Positions 1 to 9,170 of a stretch of 64,000 nt of DNA are shown here, piece after piece. The stretch is from IMG/VR virus record IMGVR_UViG_3300037067_007264, positions 64,001 to 128,000 of that record; one strand, given 5' to 3'. Source of the DNA: a virus (taxonomy: Duplodnaviria; Caudoviricetes). Made by a program: the position numbers and the translations under genes. How positions within the stretch are numbered: the first letter of the stretch is position 1; each line of letters begins with the position of its first letter. The notes under the pieces were generated by a model. The model did no database searches. It had not been told where the DNA came from and saw only the letters and a list, made by a program, of their open reading frames with translations.

Positions 1-19
1 CACAGTTCAATAGGCTTTC

Positions 20-25
20 GGTGTA
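20..25 (+). promoter_or_regulatory. class A motif GGTGTA, 9 nt before ATG 35
   Basis: one of about 22 copies 8-13 nt upstream of start codons. Confidence 0.7.
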
Positions 26-34
26 CTAGCTTGT

Positions 35-526
35 ATGCAAGATACGAAAGAGGAGCAAAGCATAGAAGAGTATTGGGGTTTGTTCAGGGATAGCCTGCCT
101 GGAGCAGAGTCCTCAGTAGAGGCAATCTATCGTATTTTGGAGATTCTGTGTCGGCAGGTTGACGCCTTCTCAGGTTGTGATGAACGAAAAGGGAGGTATC
201 CGCAGCTAGTTACCTCCCGTACTCGGAACCTACCTAGTTGGAAGCTCACCTTGACCTACTGGAATCACACTCAGGATGAGGCCGTGATTCTAACCTCAAC
301 TGGTCAAGTGTACTCAACCGTAGTTGCAGACTTATTCAATCAGGTAACCTCAGCCCTGAAAAAAGAGACTGCAAAACGGATCGCATGGGTGGATGATACT
401 GAGAGGGAGTTGGCTGCCCTGAAGAAAAACCTTCATATCTCAGAGAAGTTCTGCAGTCTCCTCGGAACTTATGTCCCTGAACAACAGAGCCTACCCATTG
501 GGAGTATGGCTAAAGAGCTTACCTGA
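35..526 (+). CDS. hypothetical protein with N-terminal IEEYW tag
   Basis: EQSIEEYWGLFRD; class A motif upstream. Confidence 0.85.
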   Translation: MQDTKEEQSIEEYWGLFRDSLPGAESSVEAIYRILEILCRQVDAFSGCDERKGRYPQLVTSRTRNLPSWKLTLTYWNHTQDEAVILTSTGQVYSTVVADLFNQVTSALKKETAKRIAWVDDTERELAALKKNLHISEKFCSLLGTYVPEQQSLPIGSMAKELT

Positions 527-806
527 CGGCTTCGAAGAGGGTCAGTTCCCCTTCGGGGAACCCGATATGGCAGTCCTCTTCTGGGCTCCCCACGGGCTCG
601 TAGTCGTAATCTAGGTTGCCAAGCATCCAGAACCCTCCTTCAGCCCTCTGGCACCTTATCAGCGAGATGGGGCAGTTGAATCCAGGGTCGTCTGGGTTGT
701 AGAGGTGAAGATGGGCCCAAACGATGAGCCCATCTTTGAGGTCTTTCTCTTTTAGTAACCGTCCGCGCTTGTACCAAATCTTGCCAAGCTTCTCACGATT
801 TGACAT
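519..806 (-). CDS. hypothetical protein
   Basis: 95-aa ORF convergent with 35..526. Confidence 0.7.
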   Translation of the reverse strand: MSNREKLGKIWYKRGRLLKEKDLKDGLIVWAHLHLYNPDDPGFNCPISLIRCQRAEGGFWMLGNLDYDYEPVGSPEEDCHIGFPEGELTLFEAVR

Positions 807-846
807 ACTGACTACCCGGATAGCACCCTTTTAGTGTAAACTTTGG

Positions 847-875
847 TGAGGATTCGAAACCCCGAGCGTAATACT
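847..875 (+). promoter_or_regulatory. class B motif with no downstream ATG
   Basis: TGAG 847, CGTAATACT 867. Confidence 0.55.
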
Positions 876-1107
876 ACTCAATCTGAACTAGGACTTCGAG
901 AGGTAACTTCGCCTCCTTGAGAACCCAGATTGAACCTTCCGTACCGCCAACTTGTCTTTGGTCCTCAAACCAAAGACAAGTAGCTTGCTCTACTCCATTC
1001 TCAGCCACTATTTTGGAGACCACCATATCAGGACCCTCATCAGTATTGAGGTTAACTCTGTCCCCAACTTTTATGGGTACCTCTTCATCATTGTCTATGT
1101 TTGCCAT
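874..1107 (-). CDS. YodC/DUF2158-like small protein
   Basis: IKVGDRVNL..GPDMVV..ATCLWF pattern. Confidence 0.7.
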   Translation of the reverse strand: MANIDNDEEVPIKVGDRVNLNTDEGPDMVVSKIVAENGVEQATCLWFEDQRQVGGTEGSIWVLKEAKLPLEVLVQIE

Positions 1108-1118
1108 GGATTCCCATC

Positions 1119-1706
1119 CTATCTCTTGCCTGATGCTTGTTGAACAACTTGATCAAACGGGGGTAGTGCAGCGGGAGCCTCTCGAGGGGATAGGGAGGGG
1201 GCTGAATCGGAGTGTACTATTACCCCTACCTGAGCCTGTACCCCATCACTCTGGGCTGCTGGCTTCCTTACAACAGCATCTTCCCGTTGGACAGAGGAAA
1301 TCTCTGGAGTCCTCGAGAAGTACCCAGTTTCGGTACCCTTCTTTTTTCGTATCAAGGGTACCAACTGCGGGCCGGCTAAAGGAAGCGGAGTCTCTGGGGG
1401 GCTCGCCGTGCTTGCTATGCTTGCTATGCTTTGGGTTACTTCACCTTTTGTGACCCCAATATAGGCTCTGATGAATGCTTGTAGGTCGTTGTGGTTAGTC
1501 TCAGTATCCTTCGAAAGTTCGTTGAGCCTAGAGGATAAGACCTCGTATGTAGCTTTAGTGGCCGTCGTATCCGGTGGCTTGAACCAACTCGCTGCTGCAG
1601 TTAGAATGGCAGCGGTACCTAAAATGAAACCCCTAGCCGACAGAACCTGGGACAAGATCTTGAAAGCTTTGGATGTTGGGGGCTCAGAAGGATTTTCGTC
1701 GGCCAT
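1119..1706 (-). CDS. membrane-anchored hypothetical protein
   Basis: hydrophobic GFILGTAAILTAAASWF then coiled coil; GGTGTC variant motif upstream. Confidence 0.75.
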   Translation of the reverse strand: MADENPSEPPTSKAFKILSQVLSARGFILGTAAILTAAASWFKPPDTTATKATYEVLSSRLNELSKDTETNHNDLQAFIRAYIGVTKGEVTQSIASIASTASPPETPLPLAGPQLVPLIRKKKGTETGYFSRTPEISSVQREDAVVRKPAAQSDGVQAQVGVIVHSDSAPSLSPREAPAALPPFDQVVQQASGKR

Positions 1707-1741
1707 GATGTTTCATGACACCGGTAAACTGAGAAAAGTAT

Positions 1742-1770
1742 TGAGAAAAGGATCTCTTGCACGTAATACT
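1742..1770 (+). promoter_or_regulatory. class B motif
   Basis: TGAG 1742, CGTAATACT 1762, then AGGAG and ATG 1786. Confidence 0.7.
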
Positions 1771-1785
1771 GATTAGGAGTTCTAA

Positions 1786-2007
1786 ATGAGCAGTAGGCCA
1801 GGGAAATTTGAAGGAGAACCGGGTTATGTTCCGGAGTTCTGGGCTAGAGCAATGGAAGGCTTTGCGGACAATCATGAAGAAGGAGTACTCAGCTTCACTA
1901 TCACTGAAGAGGACGCTAGGAAGTACCCTGAGTTGGTTGTGGGTCACAAGTTGCTGTTGACCGAGTCCACTGACGGATTCGTATTCTCTAGGATCGTCAA
2001 ATGCTGA
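1786..2007 (+). CDS. hypothetical protein
   Basis: class B motif and SD upstream. Confidence 0.8.
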   Translation: MSSRPGKFEGEPGYVPEFWARAMEGFADNHEEGVLSFTITEEDARKYPELVVGHKLLLTESTDGFVFSRIVKC

Positions 2008-2210
2008 ATCTTAGGATAAGAACATTCAAGATATTCTTCCAACGCAGTGACAATACTAAGTTTTTTCGGGTTGTAAGGGAGATCTACTCCGAAAACGCTT
2101 GTCTCTTCGCCGAAAGGGTTGGTCTAGAAGAGGGGGCTATTCCACTATGGCCCTTCGTCGATATCAGTCCTTGGAGGCACAAAAGAGACAGAAGATCGAA
2201 AAATAGTTGA
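2001..2210 (+). CDS. hypothetical protein
   Basis: overlaps upstream stop. Confidence 0.55.
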   Translation: MLNLRIRTFKIFFQRSDNTKFFRVVREIYSENACLFAERVGLEEGAIPLWPFVDISPWRHKRDRRSKNS

Positions 2211-2260
2211 GCTTCATCTCTCTCATCCGTAATAGTGAGTGCAGTTACTAGGAACACCCA

Positions 2261-2509
2261 ATGCAATACGAGGATACAATCAAACCAGAGCCTCTAAACG
2301 AATGTGAATTTCGTTGTGGGTTTAGTATAGCTCGCATTGTATCCCCAAGTGTTTTCGACCGAATCCCCTCCAAGTCTAACTCACTCCGGATGGGTTTCAT
2401 TGCTTACCATTCGATCGCAACAGGAACCTTCTCCTCTGTTGAGGAGCTGGCCGCGGCCGACTTTGCCGAAAGTCTCAACCTAACCCCACCTACTACCAAG
2501 TCTGGATAA
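2261..2509 (+). CDS. hypothetical protein
   Basis: class B motif 2208/2228, AGGA SD. Confidence 0.7.
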   Translation: MQYEDTIKPEPLNECEFRCGFSIARIVSPSVFDRIPSKSNSLRMGFIAYHSIATGTFSSVEELAAADFAESLNLTPPTTKSG

Positions 2510-2511
2510 TC

Positions 2512-3045
2512 ATGTCTGACCCGAAGTTTGAAGTTGATGAACCTGTAAACGTAATTGGTGATGAGCAAGTGTTCCCAGGAACTGTGCTCGGTATCCAGTT
2601 CAACGTACCCGTCTGGTGGTACATTATCGGATTGGATGACCCGATTGAATCAGACTATGGACCTCAAAAAGGTCTGTTCGTTCCAGAATCCTGTTTGGAG
2701 GAGTGCCAAGAAGAGGATTCCGAACCCGTCATCATCGAGAGTGAGTGGTCAACAGTTGGGTCCTACGTTTACGTTTGCAATCAAGAGCAGGTAGACCAAG
2801 GACACCCCACGGCCATTGACGTCGAAGTACGACTTGTCCACGATGACGAGGGTAGGATCTACATTCAGACCGTTGATGAAATTGACGGAACCTCATTATG
2901 GGATGATATCCCATACTTTACCCAAAGTGATGCCCTCATTATGGCTAAAGAGGTAATCTCCGAGAGTCACGAAGCTGAACCAACGGAGAACGCGGCGGCC
3001 TACCTAGCACGTGTTATGGCTGAAGAGCAGGCTGAGTCCCACTGA
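2512..3045 (+). CDS. acidic protein, N-terminal SH3/KOW-like segment
   Basis: PKFEVDEPVNV..GTVLGI..WYII..VPESCLE. Confidence 0.75.
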   Translation: MSDPKFEVDEPVNVIGDEQVFPGTVLGIQFNVPVWWYIIGLDDPIESDYGPQKGLFVPESCLEECQEEDSEPVIIESEWSTVGSYVYVCNQEQVDQGHPTAIDVEVRLVHDDEGRIYIQTVDEIDGTSLWDDIPYFTQSDALIMAKEVISESHEAEPTENAAAYLARVMAEEQAESH

Positions 3046-3445
3046 CAGCTTCCCAGTCAATCCCGAACTCCTTACGTAACTCCTGAACTCGATGGGCTGG
3101 AAACTCCAGCCCTTGATGTGGGTAGAACTCATTGGCCTGACGATGAACCAGACACAAGAAGGTCTGCTTGGTGTAGACAAATCCAGCTAGAGCCATTTCT
3201 TCTTTAGTGGCCGAGCGGGAACCCATCCCATAGGGAACTGAACTGAAGAATAGGGCCATTGCGTACTGATCGTCCAGGTCGAGGAGGATTGCAATATGCT
3301 CTCCCCGTTCATCTTGGTGGATCACAACGTTTCCAACGAGAACCTCACCACATCCAGCGGGATCCAAATTGACAACTCGAGCTCTAAAGGGGATTGAACC
3401 CCCTCGCTTTCTATAAGCGGGTCTTCCTCGGGCCATGACAAACAC
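3014..3445 (-). CDS. hypothetical protein
   Basis: 143-aa ORF; start may be ATG 3436. Confidence 0.7.
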   Translation of the reverse strand: MFVMARGRPAYRKRGGSIPFRARVVNLDPAGCGEVLVGNVVIHQDERGEHIAILLDLDDQYAMALFFSSVPYGMGSRSATKEEMALAGFVYTKQTFLCLVHRQANEFYPHQGLEFPAHRVQELRKEFGIDWEAVSGTQPALQP

Positions 3446-3554
3446 CTTCTAAGTGATACACTTCTTACAAGTAACTTCAATAGAATTGATTCCGATTAGG
3501 TGTCCAGAAACTTTAGTGAGCTTCACGCAGGTGATTCGTAGTACTTGAGGAACC

Positions 3555-3905
3555 ATGCACGCATTGAAAATCAATAGAGATCACTGGATCGGACGACCCC
3601 CAGCTGAGGCTCAACGAGTTGAGCGGTGGACTGGGAAGCGGTGGATACCGGACGACGGACGACCAGGTCTGGCTTTCAGTGGGGTTATCTTTGACGGAAA
3701 CCCTAAATGCGAAATCCCGACCCCGATAGCTTGGACGTCAGGGTGCGAATGCCACCTGATATCTGCAAGCGGGTGCCCTTCAAGTATCGCCGCTCGGTAT
3801 ACGGCCAAGCGATTTGGCTGTAGCAACGGGGATAAAATGATTAGACTTCATCTCCGTTTAGTAGCAAAATCCCAGAAGGTGTCAAGGGGACTTCATGGAA
3901 AATAG
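3555..3905 (+). CDS. hypothetical protein
   Basis: class B motif 3517/3537, GAGG SD. Confidence 0.65.
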   Translation: MHALKINRDHWIGRPPAEAQRVERWTGKRWIPDDGRPGLAFSGVIFDGNPKCEIPTPIAWTSGCECHLISASGCPSSIAARYTAKRFGCSNGDKMIRLHLRLVAKSQKVSRGLHGK

Positions 3906-3950
3906 AACTAGGAACAATCCAGACAAGGATAATCCGTAGAGGGCTGACGC

Positions 3951-4664
3951 ATGATCATCTACTGTATCATTGCTGGTTTGGCCTTAGTTGGACTTGTTAT
4001 CGGACAGAACAAGCTTGACATCCGGAGGAGATCTGGGGCATTCATTCTAGACGATGGGGGTGAGCGGTGGGTTGTAGACTTCACCATCGGGATGATGTAC
4101 TATCGATACTTCTACAAGGTTCCACATCCGACTGATAGATACTTAGGTCTGGACTATGAGATTCGACTAACTCATCCACTAATATGGAGAGGATGCGGAG
4201 TTACAGTAGAGCCTCCAGAAACCCATCTTTGGGAGATGAGGCTCACGAAAGAATCCCACGACCTAGCTCATAGGGGTGCAGTTGATCGGCTCCTCAATCC
4301 ATCTGGGTTGTCTGAGAAGTCTCGTAACCGAGTTAGTAAAGAGATTCAAATTGACCTCCTCGAGCTCGGTCCAGAGCCCACTTGGAAACCAGTTCCACCT
4401 TGGTTGATTGGGGTCTTAGAGTCTCGCCACAAGGTGTTTCTTCGGTATCCTTTAGCTTACGAAGAAGGAATCTATCAAAACCACCCTGGTAGGGTAGAGG
4501 ACATCAAACGTTACCTCACCCGAGATGGGAGCCCCACATGTTCCAATGGCTCAAAAGGTGGTTCACAATCCAAGAGGTACCTAAAGATATACGGTACTGC
4601 GAGTTCGACTGCAGGAAGACGAGTTGCACCGAAGAGGAGAGACTCACGTGTTCTCGTCGGTTAA
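3951..4664 (+). CDS. protein with N-terminal TM/signal segment
   Basis: IIYCIIAGLALVGLVIG. Confidence 0.75.
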   Translation: MIIYCIIAGLALVGLVIGQNKLDIRRRSGAFILDDGGERWVVDFTIGMMYYRYFYKVPHPTDRYLGLDYEIRLTHPLIWRGCGVTVEPPETHLWEMRLTKESHDLAHRGAVDRLLNPSGLSEKSRNRVSKEIQIDLLELGPEPTWKPVPPWLIGVLESRHKVFLRYPLAYEEGIYQNHPGRVEDIKRYLTRDGSPTCSNGSKGGSQSKRYLKIYGTASSTAGRRVAPKRRDSRVLVG

Positions 4665-4723
4665 ACCTGGAAGAGCTGGAAGCTCAGAGTCAAAGGGGAT
4701 CCCCGGAAGATGAACACGGATAA
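4538..4723 (+). CDS. small Cys-rich protein
   Basis: CEFDCRKTSC..C; long overlap with previous ORF. Confidence 0.5.
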   Translation: MFQWLKRWFTIQEVPKDIRYCEFDCRKTSCTEEERLTCSRRLNLEELEAQSQRGSPEDEHG

Positions 4724-5009
4724 GGTAGCTCAAAGGATGACCACCACTTGTTTCCACGATGGGGCCGTCTATGTCGAATCGAATGGCCTCACCGTTTGGG
4801 TCAACGAACAAGGCAAGTGTGTTGCTAGGTTTGGCCAACACTTCAGGGAATTCCTCATGGATTCAACAACTCCCGAAGTGGTCAAACACGCAAACTCAAC
4901 CCCTACGTTGACCGACTGGAATGACTTCGTCACCGTTGTCGAGAGTTACTGCAAGGTCAAGATGGGTGCTGAACATCGCCCTCGGTACATCAGGGCTTGG
5001 TCCCCATGA
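4710..5009 (+). CDS. hypothetical protein
   Basis: coupled ORF. Confidence 0.75.
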   Translation: MNTDKVAQRMTTTCFHDGAVYVESNGLTVWVNEQGKCVARFGQHFREFLMDSTTPEVVKHANSTPTLTDWNDFVTVVESYCKVKMGAEHRPRYIRAWSP

Positions 5010-5245
5010 AGTGTCCTTATTGCCTTCAGGACCCCGATAAGCATTCCCCAGGATGTCCAAACCTGTGTACCCTAGATGATGCCCACTGGGCCATTTCAAT
5101 CTACCACCTAGGTCGTGATCGGAGTGTTATGGGACTCCCCTGTCCGGCCGATGCGTCACCCACCTACAAACTAGGATATCACTTTGGAGAGCTCCTAACC
5201 GGGAAGTCTCAAAATCTTAGTGAGGATCCTGGCCCTGGTACGTAA
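5006..5245 (+). CDS. small protein with CxxC..H..C motif
   Basis: ATGA coupling; MKCPYC..HSPGCP. Confidence 0.7.
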   Translation: MKCPYCLQDPDKHSPGCPNLCTLDDAHWAISIYHLGRDRSVMGLPCPADASPTYKLGYHFGELLTGKSQNLSEDPGPGT

Positions 5246-5249
5246 TACT
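5221..5249 (+). promoter_or_regulatory. class B motif, leaderless
   Basis: TGAG 5221, CGTAATACT 5241, ATG 5254. Confidence 0.75.
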
Positions 5250-5253
5250 AGGC

Positions 5254-5688
5254 ATGTACACAAGCCCACTTCATCAAGGTTACCTAGACGCCCTTTACGG
5301 GAAAGATCAAGACCCTGAGCAGACTTGTTCTGAATACGAAGAGGGTTACATTGTAGGCCTATGTGACAGGGATGAACTAGCCGCTGGCACGCAACCTCCG
5401 AAGTTCCTCGGCTGCTATCGGGAAGATGACTTACCCATTAAGAGAGGTCAGGAAGTGATCATCCCCAAGGGTACGATGGTCAAGGTTGTAGGGAAGCCAG
5501 CAAAGCCTGCTGGGAGGACTTACAAGATCACAGTAGCTCACGTGAATAGTGGGAACACCTTCTATGTTAAAGGGAGCGCTTTCCGGAAAGAATACATCCG
5601 TCCAACTTCACCTAAGGTTGTATGGCCTGGCACTGGTGGCTACTGGGCAGAAGCCGACCTGAACGACATACTCAAGGCCAACCCATGA
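5254..5688 (+). CDS. hypothetical protein
   Basis: ATG 13 nt after the C of CGTA. Confidence 0.8.
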   Translation: MYTSPLHQGYLDALYGKDQDPEQTCSEYEEGYIVGLCDRDELAAGTQPPKFLGCYREDDLPIKRGQEVIIPKGTMVKVVGKPAKPAGRTYKITVAHVNSGNTFYVKGSAFRKEYIRPTSPKVVWPGTGGYWAEADLNDILKANP

Positions 5689-5721
5689 CAGGGCCCGTTA
5701 TCTCCGGTGTAAGCCTAATGG

Positions 5722-6003
5722 ATGTCCATTGATCCATTCACCGGTGAATTCGAAAGTCGCCGAGAGGCAAAACTAACCATCTCAAGGGTCATTACGGACA
5801 GGGGGCCAGACGTTTGCGTGCATCTCTTATCAGCTGATGGTACTGAAGTTGCTGTACTCTCACTTTTGCATGCATCACACTTTGTATCACCTGGGGGTAC
5901 TCGAGAGGCCGTAGCAAGATGGTTGGGTGAGATGAACAACACCAAGCCACCAAAGATTCCGGTGGAACCTCCAACGAGATTTGAGCGCGAGGAAGTGATC
6001 TAG
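5722..6003 (+). CDS. hypothetical protein with C-terminal TRFER tag
   Basis: ends PPTRFEREEVI; GGTGTA 5706. Confidence 0.85.
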   Translation: MSIDPFTGEFESRREAKLTISRVITDRGPDVCVHLLSADGTEVAVLSLLHASHFVSPGGTREAVARWLGEMNNTKPPKIPVEPPTRFEREEVI

Positions 6004-6329
6004 ATCACCGGGTTTCGTTCAAAGCGGGTTGGAGCTATTACTTTCGGTTCTTCCACTGATGCACTCTCGTTGACAATAGGGTCACCCGTCCTGGGTGACC
6101 CATCTCTTTGATATTGAACATTATTGACTACTATGTAAGCTGCATCATCTGCCGCAGCTTCAACGGCGTCTTCGGTAGCAAGTTCACCTAGTACTCGTTC
6201 CTGTATTAGGGTCAAGTATACAGCCAGAGACCTCTGTGTGACGTCATAGACATCCTCAGGATCAAAACCCTCTTCCAGGAGGGTATCGACCATATCTTCG
6301 GCAATGGCTGAGATGTCTCGAGCGGGCAC
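6000..6329 (-). CDS. hypothetical protein with C-terminal TRFER tag
   Basis: ends APTRFERNPVI; AGTGTA variant upstream. Confidence 0.85.
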   Translation of the reverse strand: MPARDISAIAEDMVDTLLEEGFDPEDVYDVTQRSLAVYLTLIQERVLGELATEDAVEAAADDAAYIVVNNVQYQRDGSPRTGDPIVNESASVEEPKVIAPTRFERNPVI

Positions 6330-6338
6330 CGGGACAGG

Positions 6339-7196
6339 TTACACTAAGTTCCGTATCGGTTCAAGTCGTACCTTGAGCTTTTTTACGACCTTAGTCTGCA
6401 ATTGGCGTACCCTCTCGCGGGAGACCCCGAGTTGAGTACCTAGTTCCTTGAGGCTCACAACCTCTTCCGGATCCTTCATGAGACGATCCGTCACGATTCT
6501 AATCTCGCGTGGGGTTAGGGAGGACATAGCTTCTTTCACGGATTCTTGGTAGAGAGCTTGAAGCTCATGGTCCACCACATAATCATCCTGTCTCTGCAGG
6601 TCAGAGGACAGACTGTCTCCAATCTCCAAGTGGCTACCATCTTTGCTCCTATGGGAGTCCATCGACAAGGACAAGTCCCTCTTATCGGTAGCCTGCATGA
6701 ATTGTTGAACCTTCTTCAGAGGGAGATTCATGCTCTTTACTAATGCCTGTTCAACCTCACTTGGAGTCGTGTAAGTGTTCTGAGCTCGGACCTTCTCCTT
6801 ATGAAACTTGAAGAAGTCCTTTGATCGAAACTTCACTAAAGAGTTGGTCTCGTTTTGGTACTTGACCACATGTTTGAATAGGTAGGCTCGAATCCAATAC
6901 ACGGCAAATGTGACGAATCGGTTACCACTATCTGGATCGTAACGACTGTCAATAGCCATAAGGAGGCCAAGGTTACCCTCGCTGATCAGCTCCTCTATTG
7001 GAATTGGGTATCGCTTAAACTGAAGGGCAACCGCGGTCACATATCGTAGAGAAGCGTTAATGATCTTTGCTCGAGCTGCATAGTCTCCTTTGTCCCTCCA
7101 AGCCTTGTACAGACGAATCTCCTCTTCTCTTGAGAGTACAGGGATCGACTTCACATAGGTGATGTAGTCAGATATCGTCTTATCAATATGGAACAT
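6339..7196 (-). CDS. RNA polymerase sigma factor, RpoH/sigma32-like
   Basis: region 1.2 LSREEE; region 2 ELISEGNLGLLMAI..YDP..RFVTFAVYWIRA; region 4 LTPREIRIV..SLKELGTQLGVSRERVRQLQ. Confidence 0.95.
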   Translation of the reverse strand: MFHIDKTISDYITYVKSIPVLSREEEIRLYKAWRDKGDYAARAKIINASLRYVTAVALQFKRYPIPIEELISEGNLGLLMAIDSRYDPDSGNRFVTFAVYWIRAYLFKHVVKYQNETNSLVKFRSKDFFKFHKEKVRAQNTYTTPSEVEQALVKSMNLPLKKVQQFMQATDKRDLSLSMDSHRSKDGSHLEIGDSLSSDLQRQDDYVVDHELQALYQESVKEAMSSLTPREIRIVTDRLMKDPEEVVSLKELGTQLGVSRERVRQLQTKVVKKLKVRLEPIRNLV

Positions 7197-7249
7197 GGGT
7201 GGCTACTAACTATACCTCAATAGAAGATAAGAGGGGGACTATAAGCAGA

Positions 7250-7792
7250 CTATCGATTCCTTGTGTTGAACTCAAGGAGGTCCATCCTCGCTCTTAGTTC
7301 TTGATTATCGCTCTCGAGTCTCGCTATTCGACCCAGTAGTTCACTGAGGGTATAGGTCAGCCTCACATTATTTTCATACACGATACTCTGAAGTTGATTG
7401 AAATCATTGTTACCTGATATGTCAAGGTGGTGGATGGAATCCCAAGAACCCATACCCCCACTCGAGACAAGTAAGGGTCCACCACCAGATAGACCATTGC
7501 CGATGTTTTCTGGTGCAGGGCCGATCTGAACTCCAGTAGGTTCAACTTGAAGAGGCCTTAATGAAGAAGAATCGATGCGTATGGACCCACTATCATCCCC
7601 GTAGAATGTTGGATGTAACACCTCGGATGTAGGAGGACCAAGTATTCCAGATGGATAGTTCCTATGAGTCATCAAGTCCCATTCCTCTTCACGAAGTTTG
7701 GAAATCTTGAGAAGCTCATCCCGAAGACTGCTGATGGACGGCTTTGGTGCAGGCCTGATAGCCGCCCAGTACTCTTCTAAGTCGTCTTCCAT
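7250..7792 (-). CDS. N-terminal LEEYW-tag protein with C-terminal coiled coil
   Basis: MEDDLEEYWAAIRP; start reassigned by GGTGTA at 7805-7810. Confidence 0.8.
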   Translation of the reverse strand: MEDDLEEYWAAIRPAPKPSISSLRDELLKISKLREEEWDLMTHRNYPSGILGPPTSEVLHPTFYGDDSGSIRIDSSSLRPLQVEPTGVQIGPAPENIGNGLSGGGPLLVSSGGMGSWDSIHHLDISGNNDFNQLQSIVYENNVRLTYTLSELLGRIARLESDNQELRARMDLLEFNTRNR

Positions 7793-7804
7793 TGAGGTAT
7801 CGGT

Positions 7805-7848
7805 TACACCGAAGTTCAATGTCTTGCGTTTTTCAATGGTTCGGTGTA
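7805..7848. promoter_or_regulatory. divergent pair of class A motifs
   Basis: TACACC 7805-7810 and GGTGTA 7843-7848. Confidence 0.7.
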
Positions 7849-7859
7849 ACTGGTAGCCA

Positions 7860-8555
7860 GTGTTCAAGAAAGACGTTAGGGAGATTGATACCCTGGATGT
7901 TGACGAGAGTGGTCACCTGAAGACCGCACTCGAAGCCCTTCGATTACTAATCATTGAAAAGCTTGAGTCAGGTCAAAGAACTCGATTCGCTTCAGTGGCT
8001 AGCTTGTGTGATGTAGCTCAATCGCTAATGAGATCTGAAGCGAACCCACGAGTCCCAAAGAGTAGGAAAGTTGCCTATATGGAGGATTATGAGGGTGCTG
8101 AGGGTGAGTATACCCCAAACGTTGTTGGAGATGTCCAATTCATGGGTCAACCAGTAATGTACCCGGATCCTAGGTACCAAAAAAGGAACATGGGTATTCA
8201 GATGGATGCCCTTTCCCAAGTTAACATAGAGAATCAGCGGTCTCAATGGGCTGCAGCTGAAGCTCAAGAACTTCGAGACTTGCTATCTGTTCGTGAAGTT
8301 ATAGGGGCATCTAGTAATAAAGATCTACTCGATGCCAGAGTAGCTAAGTTATTCAAGAACATAGGAGAGAGAACTGAAAATGGTAACCTGGTACATTCCG
8401 AGCTTTCACGGGGATCTTCAACTGGAGGCTCTAAGTCCAACAGAGACATCCCTTCGAATGTACAGCCTGTCCAATGTGGAACTGAGGGTAATGGAATCCT
8501 TCAGGAAGAAGGCTCTGAGAGGCGGGATACTATTCAAGCCTTGGGCGACAGCTGA
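7860..8555 (+). CDS. hypothetical protein
   Basis: GTG 11 nt after GGTGTA; 176-nt overlap with next ORF. Confidence 0.75.
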   Translation: MFKKDVREIDTLDVDESGHLKTALEALRLLIIEKLESGQRTRFASVASLCDVAQSLMRSEANPRVPKSRKVAYMEDYEGAEGEYTPNVVGDVQFMGQPVMYPDPRYQKRNMGIQMDALSQVNIENQRSQWAAAEAQELRDLLSVREVIGASSNKDLLDARVAKLFKNIGERTENGNLVHSELSRGSSTGGSKSNRDIPSNVQPVQCGTEGNGILQEEGSERRDTIQALGDS

Positions 8556-9168
8556 TAGCTTCCCTCCCATTTCGGAGTCCATATGTAGGACGGACCAGGG
8601 AATGACAGTTCGACTCCAGGCCTCTATCACCAAGGTAGCCAAGCACATAACTTCCAGACTGAAGCCCAGTCGAAGTCAGATCTCGGTAGTGAAGCTATCC
8701 AATGGTAATCTTCAGGAGTATAGGATCGATCCAACTCCTTCTGTAGCGGTAGCCTATCGAAGACCCTCTGTGACAGAGTCCATTGAGGAGTACTGGGAGG
8801 CTATCAAGTTGCCGGCGCTTACCGTGGCAGCTACGACAGTTGCCGTACCGGATAGAGGTTGTCCCGTTCCTGAATTTGCCAAGGCTGAGATTCGAGCTAC
8901 AAGGGTTCTAGAGGCATTCTTGGACCCAGGACAGATGGAGGACTTCCGACGGACAAATCAATTCATTACCATTGGTCAGGATACCGGCCATCGATACCTA
9001 CTTACCTCACGGATGAAGGTGAATAAGGGAGCCTTGTTTGACCTGGATCTTGATCGGTCCATTTGTGTACATGATTGGGAGGTACCAGCAGCTGAAGAGC
9101 TTTTGGGTCTCCACTTGTTCCTATCACTCCCAGGTTGGGAGAGTTGGATGCTCGAACTACCGGAGTGA
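8380..9168 (+). CDS. hypothetical protein with internal IEEYW tag
   Basis: TESIEEYWEAIKLP in central linker. Confidence 0.8.
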   Translation: MVTWYIPSFHGDLQLEALSPTETSLRMYSLSNVELRVMESFRKKALRGGILFKPWATADSFPPISESICRTDQGMTVRLQASITKVAKHITSRLKPSRSQISVVKLSNGNLQEYRIDPTPSVAVAYRRPSVTESIEEYWEAIKLPALTVAATTVAVPDRGCPVPEFAKAEIRATRVLEAFLDPGQMEDFRRTNQFITIGQDTGHRYLLTSRMKVNKGALFDLDLDRSICVHDWEVPAAEELLGLHLFLSLPGWESWMLELPE

Positions 9169-9170
9169 TT

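Noticed and set aside
1411-1430. Short in-frame tandem repeats (SIASIAS; TRPQTRPQ at 17101; SEEAF x2 at 49221)
   Set aside because: Ordinary slippage duplications in linkers.
917-1453. 178-aa + strand ORF and similar shadow ORFs (13077, 20985, 26712, 37425)
   Set aside because: Antisense to better-supported genes; no promoter motif or coupling.
5968-6003. TRFER and IESYW as DNA-level repeats or mobile-element ends
   Set aside because: Heavy synonymous variation, including AGR versus CGN Arg codons, shows peptide-level conservation (except the 31-nt copy at 17219/17406).
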